Assembly (NCBI GenBank): GCA_947626805.1
Contig: CANQTR010000004.1
Span: 1 to 51,823, forward strand
DNA length: 51,823 bases
Source of the DNA: an uncultured Clostridia bacterium
Lineage (GTDB): Bacteria; Bacillota; Clostridia; Oscillospirales; CAG-382
Direction of reading: 5' to 3'
Shown piece after piece: positions 18,701 to 27,752 of this stretch; positions within the stretch are counted from its first letter, which is position 1; each line of letters starts with the position of its first letter. The notes under the pieces were generated by a model that searched no databases, was not told the DNA's origin, and worked only from the letters and a program-made list of their open reading frames with translations. The position numbers were made by a program, and so were the translations under genes.

Positions 18701-19863
18701 ACGGTTTTCTCGCTTTCTTTTGAAATCGCGTCCGCGCGAATGGACACCGGCACGCCGTTGACGGTCAGCGTCCCTTCCGCGCGAATGATGACACACGGTT
18801 TGCCGTCGAGCAGGCGGACCTGCACGAGGTCGCTTCGGGAGGCGTCCACCCGGATATGCACGTCCTCCGTTTTCAGTTCCGCCGCGCCGCCGTCGGTCAG
18901 GTTCTGGGGCGGCAGGGCGGTCTGTTCGCCGAATCGTTCGTTGTAGTCCTTTTCGAACCGTTCGAGCTTGTCCGCCGAAACCCCGCAATAGGCGAGGGTG
19001 GTCTTGAGCTGCTCGCATGTGACCGGCGGGACCGGCTCCTCCGGGGTCTCCTTTTGCGCCTGCACGCGGGCGAGCAGGGAATCCTGCACGGTCTGCACCA
19101 CGCCGTAACTGCATTCCTCGCCGAGGGAATCCGAAAGCAGGTCCCGGAAGGAATCCTTCTGCTCGTCGGCGGGCATCGGCAACGGCGCGCCGAACAGCGC
19201 CGAGGCGAGTTCCGGGTGGTTGTCCCGCAAATTCCGCGCCGCGTAGAGCGCCCCGTAGAGGTTGGCGCACCGGTCGTCGAAGGCGGGGAACAGGAATCCC
19301 ACTTCCGGCGACGAAACCACCTGCTCCGCCTCGCGCGACTGGAACAACTGCCGGAACGCGTCGTAGCGCAAGGCGGGTTTGTTCAGTTTCATCGGGCAGA
19401 TACAGCAAAGCAGGTAGGAAAACACGGTGTCCGAACCGTCCTCCCGCGCTTCGCCGTCCTTGCCGTAAGTCGGGACGTCGTAGGCGTCCTCCGCGAGCAG
19501 GATGAGGAACGCGCCGTCCGTTTCGAAGGACGAGATGACTTTGGCGTAAAAGTCGCTCAGCGCCTGCTCGTCCTTGAGTTTGCTGTCCCGCAAGGCGCAC
19601 AGCAGGCGGTGCTCGTCGCCGTTCACGACCTGCTCGTTCGGAAAGGCGACGTCGAGCAGCTGCTTGCCGACCGAGCCGGAAAAGGTTCGGCGGAACAGCG
19701 CGAGGTAGCGCTCGGATTCCTCCGGACCGAGCATGGGCATGGACTGCCGGAAGGTGGTGACGATTTCCTTCTTGTCGTTGACGTAACAGCCGCAAAGGGA
19801 GGCGATGTTGTTCTTTTCGTAGCGGAACCGGCGGCGCAATTCCGCAATCTCCTTGTCGAGCAT
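18697..19863 (-). CDS. DUF4317 family protein
   Basis: KEIAELRRRF, GCYVN, YDVP, LCCICP, GFLFPAFDDR, VNGVPV. Confidence 0.85.
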   Translation of the reverse strand: MLDKEIAELRRRFRYEKNNIASLCGCYVNDKKEIVTTFRQSMPMLGPEESERYLALFRRTFSGSVGKQLLDVAFPNEQVVNGDEHRLLCALRDSKLKDEQALSDFYAKVISSFETDGAFLILLAEDAYDVPTYGKDGEAREDGSDTVFSYLLCCICPMKLNKPALRYDAFRQLFQSREAEQVVSSPEVGFLFPAFDDRCANLYGALYAARNLRDNHPELASALFGAPLPMPADEQKDSFRDLLSDSLGEECSYGVVQTVQDSLLARVQAQKETPEEPVPPVTCEQLKTTLAYCGVSADKLERFEKDYNERFGEQTALPPQNLTDGGAAELKTEDVHIRVDASRSDLVQVRLLDGKPCVIIRAEGTLTVNGVPVSIRADAISKESEKTV

Positions 19864-19989
19864 GGGGTGTTTCCTTTCGTCGGTATTTGTTTTTTCAGTA
19901 TACCATATTTTTTTGAAAAAAGCAACCGCGTTTTGCGGTTTTTTTCGGTTTTTACGGTTATCGTCCGGCGAATACGGGAAGAATATGTC

Positions 19990-20018
19990 TTGACAAGGGC
20001 GAAGTTCTGTGCTACAGT
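19990..20018 (+). promoter_or_regulatory. Sigma-A promoter TTGACA-17-TACAGT
   Basis: Upstream of the 60-aa ORF, with TG extension. Confidence 0.6.
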
Positions 20019-20042
20019 AGTTCCGAAAGGCAGGGAACACGC

Positions 20043-20225
20043 ATGGAAAATCATTTCAAGGTCCGCGCGGCATACGTCGCCGATTGGCGGAAGCGACTGG
20101 GCGACGACGCGTACGAGGCGCTCGAACGGAAGGGCGTGGATATCGAGGACGTCGTGGCGTTCGCCCGGCAGTGGGATATGGCGCTGCAGGCGGTTTTGGA
20201 CCAGGTCGAGGAGAAGGACGCGTAA
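20043..20225 (+). CDS. Small hypothetical protein (60 aa)
   Basis: Own promoter, purine-rich SD, host-like codon usage. Confidence 0.65.
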   Translation: MENHFKVRAAYVADWRKRLGDDAYEALERKGVDIEDVVAFARQWDMALQAVLDQVEEKDA

Positions 20226-20250
20226 CTTTTTCGGGGGCAAACGCGCTCGC

Positions 20251-20716
20251 GGCGGCATATGCCCGCCCACGGGGCGATATTTTGACTGTTTTTCGACAAA
20301 AACGCGCCCGCAAATCGCGCTCGCGGCAACACACGTCCGCCAACGGGTCGATATTTTGACTGTTTTTCGGCAAAAAAGAGCGCCCGCAAACGCGCTCGCG
20401 GCGGTGTCAGCGGCTTTGTTGCCGCGCCGCTTTACTCTGTGGCTTTCTCATGCAAAACGTCAAGCCGTTTTTTCCATTCAAAACATCACGCCGTTTCGAA
20501 TCGCAATTATCCCCTTTTCGGAACGTGCCGACAATGTCGACTCGTCAAAAAACGCTTCGGCTTGCGCCAATCCTGACGCCGTCTTTGCCGGTTTTCTCGC
20601 AAGGTGCCCAACCCCGAACACGATTGCGTTCGAAGCGGGCGGCATATGCCCGCCCACGGGGCGATATTTTGCCTGTTTTTCGACAAAAACGCGCCCGCAA
20701 ATCGCGCTCGCGGCAA
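20251..20716 (+). repeat. Three copies of a ~75-bp intergenic repeat
   Basis: GGCGATATTTTGACTGTTTTTCGACAAAAACGCGCCCGCAAATCGCGCTCGCGGC units at ~20251, ~20330, ~20638. Confidence 0.85.
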
Positions 20717-20751
20717 ATTTCCTACATATTTATATATAAGGAGATTTGCAC

Positions 20752-21282
20752 ATGGATTTCACCGGAACACGCACGGAAAAGAATTTGCACGACGCGTTTG
20801 CCGCCGAGGCGTCCGCGTACACCCGCTACGGCTTTTACGCCGCCGCGGCGCGGGCGGAGGGGAGCAACGCCGTCGCCGACCTGTTCGAGCAGACCGCCGT
20901 CAACGAGCGGGCGCACGCCGACATCTTCTTTCGCCTGATTCACGGCACCCGTATGCCCGACACGTCCACCAATTTGCGCGACGCGGCGGGCGTCGAACAC
21001 TACGAATGGGCGGACTTCTACGCGAACGCGGCGAAAACCGCCAAGGCGGAGGGGTTCGACGAGGTCGCAAAGCGGTTCGAGCAGGTCGCCGCCATCGAGC
21101 AGGAACATGAAAAACGCTACCTCGCCATGCTGGACGCGTGGAATACCCGGCGTCTGTTCGTCACGGAGGAGGTTTCGGTTTGGCAGTGCGCCAATTGCGG
21201 GCATATCTACACCGGCACGCAAGCGCCGTCGGTCTGCCCCGTGTGCGCCTATCCGCAAGCGTATTTTTTGCGGCAGAATTAA
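20752..21282 (+). CDS. rbr: Rubrerythrin
   Basis: TEKNL..AFAAE, NERAHA, EHYE, EQEHE; C-terminal CANCG..CPVC rubredoxin-like domain. Confidence 0.92.
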   Translation: MDFTGTRTEKNLHDAFAAEASAYTRYGFYAAAARAEGSNAVADLFEQTAVNERAHADIFFRLIHGTRMPDTSTNLRDAAGVEHYEWADFYANAAKTAKAEGFDEVAKRFEQVAAIEQEHEKRYLAMLDAWNTRRLFVTEEVSVWQCANCGHIYTGTQAPSVCPVCAYPQAYFLRQN

Positions 21283-21740
21283 CGAAGTTTTTACAATTTT
21301 TCAAAAATCGTGGGGGTGTTTCCCCTTTCGGAACGTTTTTTGGTATGCGGAAAGCAGACGAAAGCGGGGCGGACCCCGTGGGAAATGGTCCGTTTCCGCG
21401 AAAACCCCGTTTGCGCGGAACGTCGCCGCGCCCGCTGTCCGCGCGGCAGGGGCTGGGCTTTCCTGCCTGTCGACGCCCCGAAACGGGGAGGAATAGGCGC
21501 TTTTCCGGTGGCGGGTTTGCACTGAGTACGCGGTCGTTCGGGGCGGCGCGCGCGGATTTTTAAGCGCGTACCTGTTCCCCACCCCGCTGTTTGTGGTAGA
21601 CGGGGCGGCGTGTTTGACGTTCCCGCCGCGCGCGGAACGTCGCCGGAAACAGAAAACACGGCGCACGCATAAAAAAACGGAAGAAAGCGCGCGTCGGCTT
21701 GTCGATTTTTGACGGGTTTTGCCGTGAAAAATCCCTCGGA

Positions 21741-21768
21741 TTAACAGTTTTGTTACAGTTTATTTACA
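21741..21768. promoter_or_regulatory. Triple OmpR/PhoB-family (WalR/PhoP-type) box
   Basis: TTAACA/GTTACA/TTTACA at 21741, 21752, 21763 (11-bp period); reverse strand reads TGTAAA-N5-TGTAAC-N5-TGTTAA. Confidence 0.6.
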
Positions 21769-21844
21769 AATACAACAAGATTTTTGTGTAACGCTATATT
21801 ATAATAAGGATGGAACAAGGGAAGAAGAAAGAAAAAGTAAGGGA

Positions 21845-22015
21845 GAAAGAGGTGAGTCCAATGAACAGTGAAGCGTTCTTCGAAATTTCGGAAGGGCGGT
21901 GTGTCCAATGGGCTGACCGGAAGCGGCGGTAAGATACCGCATCATGTTCGAATCGGTGGGCGGAATGCCCATGGCGGAACGCCATAGAAATGTTGTTCCC
22001 CCGGCAAATAACCTG
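21845..22015 (+). ncRNA. Structured ncRNA, probably Clostridiales-1-like
   Basis: Hairpins GCGGT/ACCGC, GGGC/GCCC, ATGGCG/CGCCAT. The blocks GAGGTGAGTCCAATG, CATGTTCGAA, ATGGCGG..GCCAT-AGAA resemble that motif as I recall it. TATAAT upstream, terminator downstream. Confidence 0.5.
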
Positions 22016-22016
22016 C

Positions 22017-22044
22017 AAAGCGCACCTTCGGGTGCGCCTTTTTT
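22017..22044 (+). terminator. Intrinsic terminator
   Basis: GCGCACC-TTCG-GGTGCGC followed by a T tract. Confidence 0.85.
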
Positions 22045-22260
22045 GCGTGTAATGAAAACAACATGTGTTTTGGGTGGCAGCCACGGTCGCGGCGTGTTGC
22101 GCAATCATTTCGTCGCGGGGCAATGCCACGACCTTGTGCCGCATTTTTCTCGTCAAATGCGAAAAATGCGGTAAGCACTTTTGCTATTCAAAAACCGTGC
22201 CGTTTTGCATGACGAAAGTCCCCGTTGTCGGAACGCATAGGCAGATTGCCTTATGATAAA

Positions 22261-22430
22261 CCCCAAAAGGAAAAGTTTTCGGGGGTTTTCAGGGGACATT
22301 TTTCAAAAAGTCCCCTGAATGGGGTTTGGGGCAAAGCCCCAATACAAGTGCGCGAGGTGCGCGAGGCAAAGCCCCAATACAGGAGCGCGGGGCAAAGCGC
22401 CAACACAGGTGCGCGGAGCAAAGCGCTAAC
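22261..22430 (+). repeat. Family Y copy 2 plus ~26-bp tandem GGCAAAGCCCCAATACA units
   Basis: TTCAGGGGAC..GTCCCCTGAA hairpin followed by four related units. Confidence 0.75.
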
Positions 22431-22610
22431 TCAACGACTCCCCTTTCGGCAAACCGGGCGCGCCGGCGGGTGCGCTTTTTTTACGGAAAAATTTGCCAAC
22501 CGCCACGGGACGGGCGGAAAAAATGTTCCACTTATATTTTGTTCCGCGCGTGCCGAAACTAACCGTGCGGCAAGCAAAAAGCACAAACCAGAAAGGAAAG
22601 GTCAAATCCA

Positions 22611-23642
22611 ATGAACAGAACCGTTTTCAGACCGTTCCTCGTTTTTTTGAGCGCGTGTCTGCTGTTTTGCGTGCTCCTCGGCGCGCCGGCGACGGCGGCG
22701 GACGGCGGCGTGCGGGAGGTCATTCCGGGCGGAATGGCGTTCGGCGTGAAATTTTACGCGAAGGGCGCTATCATCATCGGCGTTTGCGACGTCGAAACGG
22801 CGGGCGGGCTCTGCTCCCCGGCGCGGGACGCGGGTCTTGCGGCGGGCGACGTCGTCACATCGGCGGGCGGCGCGGAGGTCGAAACGCTCGAACAACTTCT
22901 GGAACTGGTCAAGAGCAGCGGCGGGCAAAAAATCGAGTTGGAATACCGTAGGGAAAACGAAACGCAATCCACGACCGTCACCCCGGTCGTCGACAAAGGA
23001 AGCAACGAATACCGTATCGGCGTCTGGGTGCGGGACAGCACGGCGGGCATCGGGACCATCACGTTCATCGACGCGAAAACCAAACGCTTCGGCGGGCTGG
23101 GGCACGGAATCAACGATTCCACGACCGGACTGCTCATGCCGTTCGGGCGGGGGACCGTGACCGACGTGCGCGTCGAGGGCGTCGTGCGGGGGCGCAAGAA
23201 CCTGCCGGGCGAGCTGAAGGGCAGTTTCGGCACGCGGGACCTCGGCACGCTGGACTGCAACACGGAAGTCGGCGTGTTCGGGGCGTATGACGTCCTGCCG
23301 GAAGGGTTGTCGGACCCGGTCGAGGTCGCGCCCGCAAGCGCGCTGCATACCGGCGACGCGACCGTTCGCACGGCGGCGGACGGGCAGGTGCGCGAGTACG
23401 CGGTGCGTATCGAGGAGGTCTATACCGACGCGGGGCGGACCAAAAACTTCCTCGTGTGCGTGACCGACGAGCGGTTGCTCTCGCTGACCGGCGGCATCGT
23501 GCAGGGGATGTCCGGCAGTCCGATTTTGCAGGACGGGCGGCTGGTCGGCGCGGTCACGCACGTCCTGGTCAGCGACCCGACGCGGGGATACGGCATTCGC
23601 ATCGAAAATATGCTTTCGGAACTCGAAAAATCGGTATCCTGA
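22611..23642 (+). CDS. spoIVB: SpoIVB peptidase (S55)
   Basis: PGG..FGVK, PDZ-like segment, WVRDSTAGIGT, LGHGI, GGIVQGMSGSPILQDG. Confidence 0.95.
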   Translation: MNRTVFRPFLVFLSACLLFCVLLGAPATAADGGVREVIPGGMAFGVKFYAKGAIIIGVCDVETAGGLCSPARDAGLAAGDVVTSAGGAEVETLEQLLELVKSSGGQKIELEYRRENETQSTTVTPVVDKGSNEYRIGVWVRDSTAGIGTITFIDAKTKRFGGLGHGINDSTTGLLMPFGRGTVTDVRVEGVVRGRKNLPGELKGSFGTRDLGTLDCNTEVGVFGAYDVLPEGLSDPVEVAPASALHTGDATVRTAADGQVREYAVRIEEVYTDAGRTKNFLVCVTDERLLSLTGGIVQGMSGSPILQDGRLVGAVTHVLVSDPTRGYGIRIENMLSELEKSVS

Positions 23643-23655
23643 ACCAAAAAAATGC

Positions 23656-23684
23656 TTGACAAGCCGGGGCGGGTATGCTATACT
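23656..23684 (+). promoter_or_regulatory. Sigma-A promoter of the uraA-upp unit
   Basis: TTGACA-17-TATACT with TG extension. Confidence 0.8.
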
Positions 23685-23811
23685 GTAGAAAAATGCAGAA
23701 AGGCGTCGTTTCCGCTGTCCCGGCTTTCGGGCGGCGCGGGGTTTCCGCCTTTCGCGTCCCCCGCGCGGGGGCGTGCGTCCAGCAAAACGGAATGAGAGAG
23801 GACCGTGCGGC

Positions 23812-25188
23812 ATGAAACTTATCTACGGAGTCAAGGACAAACCCAAGTTCGGGCAGTTGATCGTTTTCGCGATTCAGCAACTGCTCGCCATCATGGCGGC
23901 GACGCTGGTCGTCCCGGTCATCACGAACGGCACGGCGAAGCTGACCGGCGCGAACGCGATGAGCACGGCGGCGGCGCTGCTCGGCGCCGGTCTCGGCACG
24001 TTGGTCTATGTGCTGTTCACGAAGGCAAAAAGCCCGGTGTTCCTCGGTTCGTCGTTCGCGTTCCTCGGTTCGATGGCGGCGGCGTTCGCGGGGGCGGTGT
24101 CGGTGCAGGTCGGCTACGTCGGCTTGATTCTCGGCGCGGTGTTCGCGGGGCTGGTGTACGTGGTGATTGCGCTGATTGTCAAGCTGGTCGGCTCCGGTTG
24201 GGTCAATAAGTTAATGCCCGCCGTGGTCATCGGACCGACGGTCGCCATCATCGGGTTGTCGCTCGCCGGAAACGCCGTCGGGGATTTGACCTCCGGCGGG
24301 GTGGAAGGCACTTCCGTCTACGTCGCGCTGGTTTGCGGACTGGTGACGCTCGCGGTGACCATGCTCTGCTCGACCTTCGGAAAGAAGATGGCGCGGCTCA
24401 TTCCGTTCATCATCGGCATTCTCGCCGGGTACGCCGTCGCTTGCGTTTTCACGGTTATCGGCAACGTCGCGGAGATTGATTCGCTCAAGGTCATCGATTT
24501 TACCCCGTTCCAGAACCTGCTGACCGACGGGAAAGTGACGCTCAACACCTTCGTTTCCGTCCCGGCGATGACGTTCGTGACCGCTTTCAAGGGCGTCAAG
24601 GACCTCGACGCCGCCTATGTCGGCACGATTGCCGTCGCGTACATACCGGTCGCGCTCGTGGTCTTTGCGGAACACATCGCCGACCACAAGAACATCTCCT
24701 CCATCATCGAGACCGACCTGCTTGAGGACCCCGGTCTGCACCGGACCCTGCTCGGCGACGGCGTCGGCTCCATGGTGGGCGCCTTCTTCGGCGGCTGCCC
24801 GAACACGACCTACGGCGAATCCGTCGGTTGCGTCGCGATTACCCGCAACGCTTCCGTCGCGACCATCGTTGCGGCGGCTATCGGCGCGATTCTCATCTCG
24901 TTCGTCAACCCGTTCGTGGCGTTCGTCAACTCCATTCCGTCCTGCGTCATGGGCGGCGTGTGCATGGCGCTCTACGGTTTCATCGCCGTTTCCGGTCTGA
25001 AAATGCTCCAGAAGGTGGACCTCGAACGGAACGAGAACCTGTTCACGGCGTCGGTCATCTTCATCGCCGGTATCGGCGGGCTGACCGTCAGCTTCGGCAA
25101 GGTGACCATCACGTCCATCGCTTGCGCGCTGATTCTCGGAATCCTGACGAACCTCATGCTTTCCCGCAAAAACCGCAAGGACGACTGA
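23812..25188 (+). CDS. uraA: Uracil permease (NCS2 family)
   Basis: PVFLGSSFAF, EHIADH, DPGLHRTLLGDG, PNTTYGE; upstream of upp. Confidence 0.9.
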   Translation: MKLIYGVKDKPKFGQLIVFAIQQLLAIMAATLVVPVITNGTAKLTGANAMSTAAALLGAGLGTLVYVLFTKAKSPVFLGSSFAFLGSMAAAFAGAVSVQVGYVGLILGAVFAGLVYVVIALIVKLVGSGWVNKLMPAVVIGPTVAIIGLSLAGNAVGDLTSGGVEGTSVYVALVCGLVTLAVTMLCSTFGKKMARLIPFIIGILAGYAVACVFTVIGNVAEIDSLKVIDFTPFQNLLTDGKVTLNTFVSVPAMTFVTAFKGVKDLDAAYVGTIAVAYIPVALVVFAEHIADHKNISSIIETDLLEDPGLHRTLLGDGVGSMVGAFFGGCPNTTYGESVGCVAITRNASVATIVAAAIGAILISFVNPFVAFVNSIPSCVMGGVCMALYGFIAVSGLKMLQKVDLERNENLFTASVIFIAGIGGLTVSFGKVTITSIACALILGILTNLMLSRKNRKDD

Positions 25189-25203
25189 GAAAGGAAAACC
25201 ATC

Positions 25204-25833
25204 ATGGCGCAACTGCATATCATCGACCACCCGCTGATTCAGCATAAACTCACCATCATGCGCAGCCGCAAGACCGGCTCGAAGGACTTCCGCGAACTGT
25301 TGCGCGAAATCGCGATGCTCATGGGCTACGAGATTACGCGCGACCTCCCGCTGGAGGACGTCCGCATCGAGACCCCGCTCTGCCCGATGAACGCGAAGAA
25401 AATTTCCGGTAAAAAGCTCGCAATCGTCCCGATTTTGCGGGCGGGTATCGGCATGGTGGACGGGTTGCTCTCGCTCGTTCCGGTCGCCCGCGTCGGGCAC
25501 ATCGGATTGTATCGCGACCCGGAAACGCACCAGCCGGTCGAATACTACTGCAAACTACCGCCGGACGTGGCGGAGCGGACGGTCATTCTCGTCGACCCGA
25601 TGCTCGCGACCGGCGGGAGCGCGTCCGACGCGCTCTGCAAACTCAAGGAACGCGGCGTGACGGACATTCGGCTGATGTGCCTCGTCGGCGCGCCGGAAGG
25701 CGTCGCGAAGGTGCAGGCGGACCACCCGGACGTGCCGATTTATCTCGCCGCGCTGGATGAAAAACTCAACGAGAACGCGTACATTCTGCCCGGTCTCGGC
25801 GACGCCGGGGACCGCATTTTCGGCACCATTTGA
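25204..25833 (+). CDS. upp: Uracil phosphoribosyltransferase
   Basis: [32 protein letters not shown]. Confidence 0.97.
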   Translation: MAQLHIIDHPLIQHKLTIMRSRKTGSKDFRELLREIAMLMGYEITRDLPLEDVRIETPLCPMNAKKISGKKLAIVPILRAGIGMVDGLLSLVPVARVGHIGLYRDPETHQPVEYYCKLPPDVAERTVILVDPMLATGGSASDALCKLKERGVTDIRLMCLVGAPEGVAKVQADHPDVPIYLAALDEKLNENAYILPGLGDAGDRIFGTI

Positions 25834-25942
25834 CCTTGCCCGCCCGTTTCGCGTTGCGGCGGGACGGAGAACGGTTCTTTGGGGGGACGGCGGACTTTTC
25901 CGCGCGTCCCCTGTTTCTTTTCTGGACAGAAAGGAGTTCGAT

Positions 25943-27313
25943 ATGGGTATCAACGACAACCTCCCGGCGGCATTTCGGGAGCGCATGGCGGGGCTTTTGG
26001 GGGCGGACGGACCGCGGTTCTTCGCGTCCTACGCGTCGGCGGCGGAACGGGCGCTGTTCGTGCCCGCCGGGCGGTGTTCTTCGGAGGCGTTCGGGCGTAT
26101 CTGCCCGTTTCCGGTCGAGCGCATCCCGTACCTGCCGGGGGCGTACCGGTTCGACTGCCCGTCGCCGGGGAACCAGCCCCTGCACCACGCGGGGGCGTTC
26201 TATGTGCAGGACCCGTCGGCGATGGCGACGGTGAGCGCCGCGCCGCTCAAGCCCGGCATGAAATGTCTCGACCTGTGCGCCGCGCCGGGCGGAAAGTCCG
26301 TTCAGCTCGCGTCGGGGGTCGGCTGTTACGAAGGCGGGGCGGGGTTTTTGGTGTCCAACGAGATACAGCCCGCCCGCTGCAAGGTGCTTTGCGGCAACCT
26401 CGAACGCATGGGGTTCGCGAACCTGCTCGTGACCAACGCGGACGCGAAACGGCTTGCGGCGTGGTACCCGTCGTACTTCGACCTCGTGCTGGTGGACGCG
26501 CCCTGCTCCGGCGAAGGGATGTTCCGCAAGGACCCGGCGGCAATCGCCGAATGGTCGCCGTCCGCCCCGGCGTACTGCGCGAAACGGCAGGCGATGTTGC
26601 TCGCGGAGGCGGCGAAAACCGTTGCGCCCGGCGGATTCCTGCTCTATTCGACCTGCACATTTGCCCCGGAGGAGAACGAGCGGGTCGTCCTCGCGTTCCT
26701 CGACGCGCACCCGTCGTTTGCCCCGTGCGAGGTCCCGGAGGGCTTGCGCGCCGTCACGGCGGCGGGGGTCGGTCTGCCGTCCGCGCGGCGGTGGTACCCG
26801 CATATCGCGCCCGGCGAGGGGCAGTTCTTCGCGTTGCTTCGGCGCGAACCCGGCGGCGAGCCGTCCGCCCCGCTGTTCCCGGACGCGCGGTCGCCGCTCA
26901 CGGCGGAGGAAGCGTACGCCGTGCAGGAGTTCCTCGCGGACACGCTCCTTTCGCACGCGGACCTGTCGCTCTGTGCGCTCGGGCGCGCGCGGCGAATCGC
27001 GGTCTGCCCGTTCCCGGTGCCGCCGGAGAACGTGTTCGCCGCCGGGGTGACGCTCGGGACGGTCGAAAAAGGGCGGCTCGTGCCGCACCATCAGTTGTTC
27101 AAGGCGTTCTCCGAGCGGTTCGCGCGGAAAATCGAACTGCCACCCGACGACCCGCGCGTCGCCGCGTACCTTTCCGGCGCGGAGATTCCGTGCGACGTTT
27201 CCGGGTCCGGCTGGGCTGTCGTCACCCTCGCCGGGCTGCCCCTCGGCGGCGCCAAGGTGTCGAACGGCGTCGCGAAAAACCACTACCCGAAGGGCTTGCG
27301 ACTTCACGCGTAG
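25943..27313 (+). CDS. rsmF: RsmF/YebU-type RNA cytosine C5-methyltransferase
   Basis: YVQDPSAM, DLCAAPGGKS, VDAPCSGEGMFRK, YSTCTF, KNHYPKGLR. Confidence 0.85.
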   Translation: MGINDNLPAAFRERMAGLLGADGPRFFASYASAAERALFVPAGRCSSEAFGRICPFPVERIPYLPGAYRFDCPSPGNQPLHHAGAFYVQDPSAMATVSAAPLKPGMKCLDLCAAPGGKSVQLASGVGCYEGGAGFLVSNEIQPARCKVLCGNLERMGFANLLVTNADAKRLAAWYPSYFDLVLVDAPCSGEGMFRKDPAAIAEWSPSAPAYCAKRQAMLLAEAAKTVAPGGFLLYSTCTFAPEENERVVLAFLDAHPSFAPCEVPEGLRAVTAAGVGLPSARRWYPHIAPGEGQFFALLRREPGGEPSAPLFPDARSPLTAEEAYAVQEFLADTLLSHADLSLCALGRARRIAVCPFPVPPENVFAAGVTLGTVEKGRLVPHHQLFKAFSERFARKIELPPDDPRVAAYLSGAEIPCDVSGSGWAVVTLAGLPLGGAKVSNGVAKNHYPKGLRLHA

Positions 27314-27700
27314 GGGGTGCGCGGGCACAAAGGGGTACGAGGGGGTACGGTGGGGGAACTCGTCCCCCCACACCCCCCGTAGCGCGAATTTCCCGGCTAC
27401 GCCGGCAAATTCGAGGGGTGAAAAAACAAGATTCAGCCTCCCTGCCTCGGGGTTTGCGCGCTGTGCTTGCTCGCTCGGGTTTTTACCGTCCTGCCTTGAA
27501 ATTTGCGTTCGGTGCCCTCTCGATTTTACCTTCGCGACCCGCATTTCGCCTGCTCCCGCAAAGCGCTCGCTCGCACCCAATTTGCGTTTTTTGTTTCGCG
27601 GAGGGGTACGTTTGGGGGTGCCAACACCCCCAAGCCCCCTAACGCGCATTCGACTGCCGTCGAATGCGGGAGGGCAGACAACATTCCGCCTCCCTGCCTT
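27310..27700 (+). repeat. Family X REP-like element
   Basis: Near-identical to 29076-29150 and onward; GTAG start overlaps the rsmF stop. Confidence 0.85.
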
Positions 27701-27752
27701 AGGGGCGTCGATTAGAAATCGTAAAAATAAAATAAAAAAGGAAGTGTTGTCC

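Noticed and set aside
18701-19795. 1383-aa ORF as a single protein
   Set aside because: The N-terminal extension overlaps the DUF4317 gene in another frame; the real start is the signal peptide at 18700.
21930-21970. tRNA suggested by GTTCGAATC
   Set aside because: No T-stem, anticodon arm or acceptor stem can be built around it.
23690-23810. PyrR-binding attenuator upstream of uraA-upp
   Set aside because: Only a loose GTCCAG..GAGAGAGGAC resemblance and no U-tailed terminator visible; needs an Rfam search.
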